This document shows, one piece after another, positions 1-11,500 of a stretch of 64,000 nt of DNA. Below the pieces are notes generated by a model. That model was not told the origin of the DNA and ran no database searches. It was given only the letters and a program-made list of their open reading frames with translations. The translations under genes and the position numbers were made by a program. Position 1 is the first letter of the stretch; every line of letters begins with the position of its first letter. This DNA comes from Thalia democratica (taxonomy: Eukaryota), in NCBI GenBank assembly GCA_965202585.1, contig OZ241827.1, positions 77,872,001 to 77,936,000 of the forward strand, read 5' to 3'.

Positions 1-3000
1 TAAATGCGGACTAGACATGTCTTTAGAGGGAAATTCCCCAATATGCAAGTGTAGTTCGGGTTATGCAGGGACTGATTGTCGCAAAAGGAAGGTTTGTGAA
101 GACTTGCCGTGCAAAAATAAAGGAATTTGCCATTCACAAGCTGTTGAAAGTTTTAGGTTGTTGAAATTTAAAGTTGTTTTAGTTATTTCCTCGAATATTC
201 AATACTTATATTAATAAAAAAAGCTTAATCTGTTTTACAGATATGAATTTAATGTTTTTATGAACTAGTTCTTTGCTCACTTTTAGCAATTAGTAGTACT
301 TTACTTATGGGATATAAAAACCATTAGTTTTATCATTATCACAGATGCGAATGTAAAGAAGGTTTTGGAGGAGAATTTTGTGACGTCATATGCAAGGAGG
401 GGTTCACCGGAGTGAATTGTGACGTCATAATAAATAAATGTTTCAGTTACGATGAAAATTTTGCTTGCAACTGCTCTTTATCAAATGAAGGTAAGCTTTT
501 TTACTATGGATATTTGCTTTGGATGTAGTAATATGTAACTACAAGCAACAAACTAATTTTGACTGCAAACATATTCTAAAATTTTTAATATGTAAAAAAT
601 TTGCTGCGAATAAACGTAAAATTTGAAGTTTTCATGAGAAATGCTTTAGACACTTTTTTTTCATAATATGTAAAGTTTATTCAAAAAAAACTCTATGTTA
701 TCTTTTTAAGACGTTATTTACTAATATTAAACATATATGCTTTTAAAAGCTTAAGACTTTAAAATTCAACAGCAGTATTATAATCAACTACCATAGTATA
801 ATTTGTTTAATATGGATTCTTAAAGACGACTTTATCACTTGTTTATTAAAACTAATCCTAATGTTTAAATAGGGATGTATTTTTGTCACGCAATATTTCT
901 TTTTTTTTTATGTCACGCAAAAACTTATTAAATCTACTATTTATTTAAAAGTGATAATAACAACGTAATAAAATACTATTTATTAACTGTATGTGTAAAA
1001 AAATTATAAAAAAGTAGCATAAAAAGTACGTAGTTGAACTTGGAAAATTCATAGAAAAAAAAGCTTAAACAATTGTAATAGTACAAAATAGCTTATAAGT
1101 TCCAAGTTTAAAAATTTTAGCTGAAAATTCAAATCAACAAAATAATAATGATGCTAACAGGTTGCAAAACTATCCTAGAAAATCAGACCAACGCGAAGAA
1201 ATCATCATTTCCTTATTTAATCCTCATAATTGTCATTTTAATTGTCATAATCGTTGCCACCATAGCAACTGCAGTCGGCTGCTACGTAAGAAGAAGGCGA
1301 GGAAAAAAGATGCGAACCGGAAGTACTATTTCCACTAAAGAAAAGTTTTATTTGACACAACTGAAACACAGAGAAGGTTTGAATGGCTTACATTAATTAA
1401 TTTTCAAATTTAATTTTATATAAGTCTTTGAAGTTTAATTCATTAAAAGCAAAATATTAACGATCTATAAAATGACTTATTTCATAGATCACTCGTCAGA
1501 TGGAAACCAGTCGATTCCAAAGCCACCGATTCCTGCAAGACCGGTTGATTATCAGAGATGTTCAAGAGAAATTATTGACAGCATGGTTGAACAAGTAAAT
1601 ATAATTATTGTTATATATTCAGTTCTTAGTTTACAGTTTGCATACTTCTAATTACTACAATTTAACTATTTAATTATCTGCTTTTAAAAAATTTTCAGTT
1701 GAAAACCAAAAATGAAATCAACAATTTATCATTAAAAAAATTAACTACATGTTTTAAAATAATTTTCCAGGAGCTAAAGAACAGGAAACAGTCAAATGAC
1801 GTATTCGACAAAAGTATGACGTCATTCCAGGACAATGAAAAATTGACGTCATACCAGGATAATGGAAAGCTGACGTCATTGGCTTCCGATTCAACTTCGT
1901 TTCAGAAAATTCCCATGTCTTGGTCTGACTATGAGCACAATCATGTAAGTAGTATAATAAATAACACCAAAAATATTAGCTCAATTTGAAGTTGTTATTT
2001 CTGTTAATTAATTATTATAGTTCACACCTGTAAACTGACACAATGGTTATTATATTATTTTAACTAGAATAAAAAAAAAATACAATGTTTATATTTATAA
2101 GTATGATTAAATAAAATTTTAAGTTATTGTAAGCTTTCACTGACTGTTCATTAAAACTATAATAACTTTTTTAAGTAGATATTTAATTTCGTTTAAACAA
2201 AATGCTTCAACTAATTTTTAAACCATCACAGTTCAGCGGAAGTATATCTGGTTGTTCGTCTTACAGCAAAAGAACTCCGATCCCGTCTGCGAAATCACCG
2301 AAACTGTTCACCAGGATTCCCAGACTCCAGCAGCAGTCAGTTCACAAAGTAGCAAGCAAGCAGTCCATTGCAGAACAGCGTAAGTTTTATAACAGTAATC
2401 GAGTGGTAGTCAGGCTTAGACTGATTCTTTATTAACTTTTTCAGTGGACTTTCTTGTTTTATATATTATTTTAATACACTTTTCTCTGTATTTTTAGCAG
2501 TGTTTTAGACTCTAATAATAATAATATGATTTTTTCGGAAAACATTTTAAAAAATCCAATAGTTTTTTTTAAAGCTTTTTTTAATTTGAAAAACATGTCA
2601 GTTCTCACTTTTTAAAATTCTTATAATGTAAAATTTTGTTTAAGACTTGATCTCTTATCATGTATAATCGTTAATAAATTAATTCAATCACAGTTCTAAA
2701 ATATTAACAGTATGTTAGCTAGACGTAGATATACACTGATTTTGTTTTAATTTTTCAGTAAACCTTTATAATTTTTAGTTTTTCAAATTTTTAACATTTA
2801 TTTTACTTTATTGTATCTTTTGAAGAAATTTTTGATTCGTAACGTATTTTTATTACAAGATATACTCACAAGTTTAAAAATATTTAACATCTAATTTCAT
2901 TTCTAAACAAAGTTAAACAAATATTAAATCTTGATTAGAACATCTTTAAAATGTAAGTTTTGTAACTTTGTTTTTTTTTTCTCACTGTTTTCTTAACTAA

Positions 3001-4989
3001 AATTTGTTTAACCACAGTTTTGTAATTCTAAACAGTTGGAAGAAAACCAAAAAAATTGAATTTAGCAGAATTCAACCGTAATACAGGTCTATAAATAAAA
3101 AGCTTGGTTATGGTGATTTTTGTACAAACTTAGCATGTACTCAAAAACGTGGTGTTAATCATTATAATAAAATAACTTCAACTGCTTTTTCTGAAATTAT
3201 CTGAATTTTGAAAGTTACTTGTTTATGTTAACTTTCAAAATCTTTAACATGAAAGACCTGTTAAAATTACATAAAACATTGAAAAATAATTTTGATTTCA
3301 TATAGTTAGGTATATCTAGTTATAAGCTTTTGCTTTATGTTTCAAAATTTAAGTATAAGTATGTCAACCATTATTATCTATCCTGTTATACTTAGTGGTT
3401 TTACATCTGTTGTACTGTTGTTTGTTTCTAAGTTTTATTTTAAAACTTTCATCTAAATAAAAAATTTCTAAGTTTACCATGGTTATTAAAAAAAAATGTG
3501 TTAATTTATCTGGCTTCAAAAATTTTAGTTTTTATTCTAAACGTATTTTTTTAAACTCAAATGATAACACTTATTTTAACTGCCTTTTATTTTTAGCATG
3601 TAAATTATTAAGTTGTGATGAATTTCATTTTTCGTTCAAAACAAAAGTTATTAATGGTTTTATTAGATTGTTATTTTGTAATTCGAAATATAACTTGTTA
3701 CTTTTGTTACGAAATCTCAAAGCATGTTGATAAATCTCATAGCATGTGGTTTTTGCATGTGTATTATCATGTAACTTGCATTTATTTCAGTATGTTATAT
3801 TAGGTTTTTCTATACATGTTTATTTTTTTTACAAGAAGTTGTTTTATTAATTGCATATTTTGAAAAGAAAATTAGTTTAAATAATTATTAAAAAGATTCT
3901 TAAGAACCCATTAACTTTTTAAACTCAATGATAAAATGTTAACATTTTATGTTTAACTTAAAAAGAAACTTTAAAAAAGTTGTAAAAGTTTCTAAAACTC
4001 AATTATAAAATTTGACGAATCCTTTTAAATACTTAAATAATTTTGTTCACCAGATTACGCATGGGACGTTTCTGATTGGATTAAAAACAACTCGTCGGCG
4101 GCCAATCACGTTCCTGAACACGTGACGTCAGTACCAGTGAGGCTGAACAACAGATCCGACGGTGTTACGTCATCAAACAATCGCGTGACGTCACATTACA
4201 ACTTGGCTGGGAGAAAACCGAAAAGGAAGGGGAGAAAATGCAGCGACGCTTCCACAACAGATTCAAAACTGGTTTGTATAAATTTATAAACTTAAAAAGT
4301 TTTATAAGTATAAATATATATATCTAGACACAAAATAGACAAGTTATTGTTGATAAAACTAAACATTTGAAGCTTTTATATAATAAGTATATAAATATTT
4401 ACGTAAGTTACAAGTCAAGATCATTAAATGACAAAGTAATTATTTATTAGTTTTGATTCGAGTATTTATTTTTTCAAACCAGATACGTCATCCGCAAGAC
4501 GACGAAAGCTCCCAGTATGACGTCAGTAGCGAGGTTACGACGGCTGCCAGGCAACCCGGGAGCTTATTACGTAGCAGCTATGACGTCACCAACCCCCGAT
4601 TCGAACCTTCGAACTTCCCGCCATCCGTTTCCATGGAGCACGAGCGTTTCTCATTGGACGAAAAAATCTCTGAGGCCTCGGAGGATTTCTATGACGACAC
4701 GGACGAGTACGAAATTTCCGCTCCGATGCCCACCGACATTATGACGTCACTTTTGGAGGGCGAGATGGAGGTGGACATGCCGACTCCGGCGAGGGCGCGC
4801 AAAAACAAGTTTCACCCCGACCAGTACCTGCCCGCCGTCGTCACCATGGCAACCAGTTCCTCGTCGTCGGTCGACGGTGACGTCACTGTCCAGTTGCTTG
4901 GCAACCAGCTGCAGATGTCGTCGCTTTCCGACTTGGAAGAAGATGACGTCAACAATTCGTTGATGTTACGTCATAATGACAACGCTTGA
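1..4989 (+). CDS. FAT1: Fat1/2/3-like protocadherin, unit A, 3' part only: EGF repeats, transmembrane helix and cytoplasmic tail (5' part lies upstream of the window)
   Basis: Hand-spliced GT-AG exons with consistent phases: 1-156, 345-490, 1161-1376, 1488-1594, 1771-1944, 2232-2379, 4054-4271, 4483-4989 (TGA). They encode EGF (CKCSSGYAGTDC, CEDLPCKNKGIC), TM (YLILIIVILIVIIVATIATAVGCYV then RRRRGKK), and ICD motifs recalled from FAT1/FAT3: PPIPARPVDY, SDSTSFQK, YAWDVSDW, FHPDQYLP. No stops or frameshifts. Confidence 0.9.
352..429 (+). repeat. 39-bp tandem duplication inside an EGF exon (CKEGFGGEFCDVI / CKEGFTGVNCDVI); also at about 40133-40210
   Basis: tgtaaagaaggttttggaggagaattttgtgacgtcata is followed directly by tgcaaggaggggttcaccggagtgaattgtgacgtcata. 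Confidence 0.8.
1817..1880 (+). repeat. 27-bp coding tandem repeat (about 2.4 units) in the cytoplasmic domain: MTSFQDNEK LTSYQDNGK LTSL; also at 41596-41659
   Basis: Units start at TGACGTCA at 1817, 1844 and 1871: tgacgtcattccaggacaatgaaaaat / tgacgtcataccaggataatggaaagc / tgacgtcatt. Confidence 0.85.
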
Positions 4990-5060
4990 AAAACTTTACT
5001 TTTGAGAAACATTCCCTCTTTTCTCGTTTTCAGTGTCGAAGTATTTTTGCTGCTGCTTGA

Positions 5061-5070
5061 AATAAATAAA
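5061..5070 (+). terminator. Putative polyadenylation signal of unit A (overlapping AATAAA x2)
   Basis: aataaataaa about 70 nt after the TGA, conserved in unit B. AATAAA is common by chance in this composition. Confidence 0.45.
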
Positions 5071-6415
5071 AGTTTTAATGAAAGCAGCTTGACGGAAAGC
5101 CTTTTAATTTTTGCTGTGATTTGAGGCTTCATTTTTTAATTACTTTATATTTAAAGCTTACATTTTGACATACAATAAATTTACCTTTTCTAAATAATTT
5201 CTCAGTTACCTTTTATAAATAAAATAGCGTTTTTGTTACTAAGTACTTTTTTCTGTTGTTCAGTTTTTTTAATTAGTTTTTTACAGTAAAGTTACTAAGG
5301 TACTCTCTAGTTTTTTTATCATCCTGTTAATTCAAATAAAAGTGCCTGGAAAAAAATTTCAAATATTCAAGAAGTTTGAATATGTGGGTATTTGTTAATC
5401 GAACATGAGTTTATGTTATATGTGTATTGTGACTGTTTCAAAATTGTGATGTTAAACAAATAAACATAAATCATCTAAATAGTTTTTTATTTATACTGTA
5501 AGTCTTTTGATTTTTTTTTAGTTGTTTATATGTTTAACACTTGATAACGAATATTAAAATACCTAACTGGTTTAAGCTTATAGGCATATTTGAAAACTGC
5601 ATGATTTAGGTTGAACATTATTATAATTTTATTTCAGTGTTAAATTTTTATAAAACAACAATTAAATAAATTGTTTTAATTTACTCTCAATAAATTAAGC
5701 TATTTTATACTCTTGTTTCAATTTAAATTGAAGTTTAAACCACTTTATGTTGCAAGTTTTCTTTTGAAAGTAATAACTGAACATAAACTTCTAAAATCTG
5801 TTCAAACTCATTAATATTAAGTCGCTAGAAGACTCTAAGGAAAAGAAGAATGACTTTTGTTTTTTTAATTTAAAGCACGTTTTGAGACTAAAAATATTTA
5901 TTTCAAGTTTTCTGAACCCTTAATTCAAACACTATTGGCTAATTTTTCAGTTATACTTGGTCGATTTCAAAATACATTTATACTGTCAAACTATGTAGTG
6001 AGAAATAAAACATTGATATTCTTTCGGTTTGCACTTAAACTAGTTTGACCTTTTGGTTAGTTCGTTTGTTATGCTGTAAAGTTGAACCCCTTTTGATCTT
6101 AAATAAAAACTGTCAAATTATACTTTGATTACTAAAAATAATTTTCGAACTGCAAAATAAATTACTTGAATATTGAAACTAGTAACATCTAGTACCAAAG
6201 TGTTTAAAATCAAGATTTTAAAACAAACTAAAACTTTTATTTGGCTTTGCTATACGTGTAACACAGTTATAATCGTTTTATTTCTGTAAAAAGTTCTTTA
6301 TATTGATTGTCAAGAAATAAAAACCAAAATAACCTTTTTGTTACCTGAAAAAAAGACATCTAAACACTAACTTAATCACATTATTAACTTTTAAATACGT
6401 TGATTAGAAAGTTAG

Positions 6416-8562
6416 GTTCCATACGCAATTATAACGTTCTAAAGTCTTCTTGGAAGAATTTATTTATAAAAAATATCAAGGACTTTGATGGTTTATCACA
6501 AGAAACGAATATAAACATGTATAAAGAATCGAAATGGTTAGTTTATTTTTGTTACAGTTTGAAATGTATATAGGAAAAAACTAAATAAACATTAAATTTC
6601 TACTTTTTTGTTAAACCCAATTAATTTTTTAAATGGTTGTTAATAATAAAATTTGTGTTTCATGATATGCTAAATATTACTTTTTTTAATTTTTAGTACT
6701 ATAATTTAGTGATTAAGTTTTTTTATTGCTATTTTGTAATTAAAGTTTTTTAAACTTTTTATTCACTCTTTTTTTAAAAAGTTTACCTGAAATGTTTTCG
6801 TAGTTTGAACTTTTATTTAACTTTGCATTCAACGCTTTGATTATTATAGTTATTTTTTTCCCAGAACCAAAATTTCTGAAACTTAACTATAAACAAAATT
6901 AAACTTTACAATCATGACGTAGAACTTAACATGCTTAAAAACTTCTAAAAGTTTGTGGTTTCATTTTTACTTAGTAAATAGACATTTGAACTTGAATAAA
7001 GTTTTGTAGGAGTGTACTTTGTACAATTATTAAATAGTTAAAAAAATGAAAATGAAACTAAGTCAACTTAGTATGTAGATAATTTTAAAGACTTTGAATT
7101 TCTAGTAAATAAGAGATAATTTGCAATTATTTAGCAAACAACTTATTTTTCGACAAGTTTAATTTTTAGTAAAATTTTAGTAAACATTTTAAACGCTAAA
7201 ATTAACATTTGTTTTTTTTTTGATACTACGCTTAAAATGTAAACTTTCAAAACAGAATGAAATTCTACTCATTCAATTGAAAGCTTATGAAAAATGCGAG
7301 AGAATTTATTTGAGAGAAATTAAAAAAAGTAAACGAAGTGAAGCATAACATACTCTGCCGGGAGATTTATGATTGTAAACTACAAAGAACAAAATATGTA
7401 TCAGTATTCACGATGTCTTTAATTAAACATTATTTATTACAAAGTAAACGTTCGAAGTTTGGTTTAATCGACTTAAATATAAAACGTGTCGTTCTTTATA
7501 AAAAAAATATGTTTCTATTTTACAAGCTAAAATAATTTTTTTCTCTCAACATCATAAATTAACAAAACATTGTTTTATAAATAAACATTTTAGACTTTCT
7601 CAAAATAAGCATGTTACACCATAAGGCTTAAAACTTCCAACAATCTCCTAAACCTTTTACTAGCACTTTAATATAGTTTTTTAAACAAATGTATTTTTTA
7701 TCAAAGATCTAAACAAAGCAGACAACGTTCTGCATGAGTGAGTGGAGTCGAACCGGTGCAATAATCGGTAAATTAACGGGAGAAAATCCGCAGAAATCCC
7801 ACGTTACTTGCCAGATCGTGGATTATAAATCTAAAAGCTGACTCACTTATTAAACTGTGGGTGGCGTGATCGCTTTAATTTTATTAAATTTGCGCACGAA
7901 ACAAATTTACTTCGTTTTTTAGGATCAGCAGAACATAAAAAGTGCGTAGGTCAAATATGATATTTTAGATGATAGAGACCTGAAATTTTGAAATTGCTTA
8001 CAAAAGTTTGTTTAAATACCGAAATAAAATTAACGGTCCTGGAATGAAAGTTTTCACTTATTCTAGTAACTACAACTGTCAAGGATTATAAAGACAACTA
8101 GCTAAAATTTCATTCAGAAAAGTTTAGTGCTGACGTACTTTAAAATTATTTCCATCGTTTATTGGTTGCATGCAAGCGATCAGACTCTAAACTGACCAAT
8201 GGGGTATTTCTTACAGCGCAGTATCAAAAGGAAGCTTAGATGAAGACACTCTGTTTGTGGTGGACAAAGTTAGTGGGTCAATTAGATTAATGGGTCGTTT
8301 AGAGGCAAGAGTTACAGGCTAAGGATAAGAGCAAGAGATTTTACAGGGAAGAGCACTCAAGCCAGACTGGTTGTCAATGTGTTGCCTAGTAACCTTTGTT
8401 CGCGTAATGGCAATATGAAAAATAAACTGACCATGATAAATGTAATTTAAATAACTTCCCCTGGACAAGTGGTTGGTACCATAAACACTACTAGATCTGA
8501 TGTTGTTTATGACATCATAGATGGTTCGGGAAAGGGAGTTTTTAGAGTGTATCGATATACAG
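6416..8562 (+). pseudogene. Heavily decayed cadherin exons at the 5' end of unit B (about repeats 6-10)
   Basis: Exon-like 6416-6536 reads ...KDFDGLSQETNIN. About 6865 reads PKFLKLNY. Exon 7722-8562 reads TTFCMSEWSRTGAIIGKL, VKDYKDN*LKFHSEKF, SIVYWLHASD, FVVDKVSGSIRL, SYRLRIRARD and YDIIDGSGKGVF..YTG across several frames, with many stops. Confidence 0.7.
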
Positions 8563-11500
8563 GTTGGTAAAAGATTGATTAAAAGAAAATTCTAGTCCTA
8601 AAATAAGTACATACTTTAAAATTTTATAAGAAAAAGTTAACTTTTAGTATTTTAACTTTATCAATTGTATTTAATGTGAATAACTTTTAATTTGAACTTT
8701 TTAAATCTAGTTTTTACTATTATGGACAAGTTATTTTCAGTTTAAAATGTTTTAGTAGTATCATAACATGGTGTGTATTTTAAATAATAACTAGCCTGAT
8801 TTTTCTTGTTTTCATAGTTAATATATCCTCTTTTTATACTTTTAAAACTGTCTAAGGTTCAAAGAAAACATAATATAAATTTTTAGTTTTTATAAAAATT
8901 TTGCACATAATTTTAAAGTTAGAACATAAAAGATTTAATTAATTTTACATATAAACATAAAATCCGAATTTAATTAATTTTTTAAAGTTATTTTATTTTT
9001 ATCTGACAATCAAAAAACTTTCTAAAAAAGTTTTTAAATTTTAATTTTTTCAAAACCCAAGGTTTAAGTAAACAAGTTCAGTTGAATTTAATGAATTTTT
9101 GTTCAAACAAAACTTAAATAATTGTTTTGGAATTTTATATATTTCTTAAACAGTCAAACAATTGTTTGATACGTTTTGTTGAATCGTGACTTGTTCATGT
9201 TTGCATGTTTTGTTTTTCATACAAACAAGCAGTAATTGCATACCATACATTTAATCTTTAATTGTTTGTAAATGTTTATAAACTATTGTAAAAATTTCCA
9301 ATTCTCAGTATGTATAAACGTTTAAACTACCATAACATTTTTATACAATATTTATTTTAACAGTTTATTACTAACAAAACTATGTTTTACTCCTATACTT
9401 GCATATAGGAGATCCTCAGTTGTTGTAAATAGATCTGAAAAATATTTTTTGAACCAATGAATGAAAGTTCCATACATAGCTAAACAATAAAATTACATAA
9501 AAGTTTTATAAGTTTAAAGACAGTGTAGTTATATTTGTTAAATTTACTTATAAACAGGGAAAGTATTTTTTTGACATACAAAAGCTTTCAATGTATACAT
9601 ATTAATAACTTGTTTAAACGATCAAGAAATTCGGCAAAAACAACTACTTATGCCTTCTTATTGAAGATTATCGGTTTAAGTAGCAAAAAGGAAATTTATT
9701 TTTCTGAAAAGGATGTGCTCTATAAAGCTTGTTTATCACTAAACTTGGTTATTACGTCACAGTAGTGCCCTTAAGCTGCAATAGTAATTTCTCCTAAGAA
9801 ATTTATATGAAGCTACTTAATGAAGTGAAACAGTTATGATGCTTGATTTTTCTTACTTGAATAAAAAGCTTATACAGACATCCTTAAAAAATATATGTTG
9901 TACAAGCATGTTAAATGTTATTGTTTGTCTACTGTCTAGTTTTATCTGAAAGCAGTTATGTACTTATAAAACAAGTTTAACTATAACTATATTTTCATCG
10001 TGTTTCGTTTTTCTAAAATAAATAAACAAATTAAAACACAAACTTATTTTTGTTCTATGTTTAAATTTTTGGATTTTATTCTTTAAATATCAAAAAACTA
10101 CTTGAGGTTATAGTCGTTCTCTTATCTTAGGAAACAACATAGTTTGAAAAAAATGGTTTCTTACTTATATTTAATGACAAATAAAGTGCAAAATTTCTAT
10201 CTATGTTAATCTTTAAAGTTACAGTGATCTTAAATCAAGACTATCAAGAAAGCACAGTTTTTTGCTATTTTTTCTTTATTAAGTTATATCTTCGAAAAAA
10301 GGTAAAATAAGGAAATTCTTAATCAATTTAAATGACAAATTTCTTTAATATATGATTTTAAACATTTATGAGAGAGTAATTTGAAGTAGAATTAGATTTT
10401 TTTTATTTAAGCCAAGTACTAAGATATTTTTATTTAATTTAGATGTTTTTACTTTTGTTGAAGTTTTAACTGCTTCATGAGCAAGTAATCTTGTGTAATT
10501 TAAAGAAAAAAGACAAAAAAGCATAAGTTGAATACTAGTAAAAAGATTCAAGAAAGTGCTTTACATTTGCTCTAAGTTTAAATTTCGGTTGAAAAATTTA
10601 CAAAGAAGAATTAAACAAGAATAATAACAACAAAAGAAATAAACTTTACCCGCTGTATACACAAATAAGTAGAATGGTAAATACTTGAAGCTTGTTTAAT
10701 TTACACAAAAGGTTCTCGACAGTTTATAAGTCTTTGTGCCAACAAAAAAAATACTTTTTATTTCAAAAAGAGCAAGAAAATAATAATAGGGTCGGGCATG
10801 AGTCATATCTTTTGTTTAGGAAGTTGAGTTTGTACAACGCAGATTCTTAATTTGAAAGTAAAGAATAAATTAACACCTTATTTTCTCCCCCTTTTTATAG
10901 TCATACTTAGTTGGGTTTTAGCTCGCTTTTGTTGTTTTTGTCTTGGTATGATTTAAATAAAATTTAAAGTCTTAAGTACATATACACAATTATTTTAATT
11001 CTAAACAATTTAATTTTTGTAATACAACAAAAATCTTTAAACAATTTTTGAAAAACCATGTAGGGAAAGTACTCTATGTTGTTTAAACTTTAAATGACAG
11101 CAAAATATTAAGTCCCTTGACATTAAAAATCGGTCAAGTACATACAATAAGAAGTATAAAAATACTTGTCAAATTCTACTTTGTCACAAAAACTATCATG
11201 TTGAATTACAGCAGAGAAAATTTCCTCAAAATGACAGCGGGTTTGTATACAAAAGTCTCATTTGTCAGCTGTTTTCTTTTATGCTGCACTTGATTTTAAT
11301 TTCAGATAACAAGCAAAAACTAGAATTTTAACTTCGGGCGCTTGTCTAAAGAACAATTTCAGTCAAATTTTAAGTTTTTCTTTCATAAAGTTCTTTCCTA
11401 AGTTAATGCATATAACTTATGTCAGATATTTGTTTTCGCAAACTATCTGTTTGAAGTAATTTTATATTTTTGTATATAATCCATCCATTTTTTATTAAAA

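Noticed and set aside
1121-1160. Upstream acceptor that would frameshift the TM exon into a His/Cys-rich, TM-less (secreted) isoform
   Set aside because: The equivalent site in unit B lies 41 nt rather than 40 nt upstream and hits a stop at once, so it is not conserved.
4517-4744. Alternative-frame ORF in the last exon (also 44299-44523)
   Set aside because: Off-frame shadow in a GC-rich exon. Its ATG comes from the TGACGTCA-rich context, and there is no independent support.
9409-9450. GDPQLL*IDLK, cadherin-like fragment in the 3.9-kb intron
   Set aside because: The flanking exons (8562 and 12457) already join into a complete repeat; short chance match with a stop.
10640-10860. Minus-strand peptide ...YYYFLAL...ASSIYHSTYLCIQR resembling class A GPCR TM2-TM3
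   Set aside because: It rests on one short motif, contains a stop, and is frameshifted in this copy. AT-rich DNA easily gives hydrophobic F/I/L/Y runs. A profile-HMM search would be needed.
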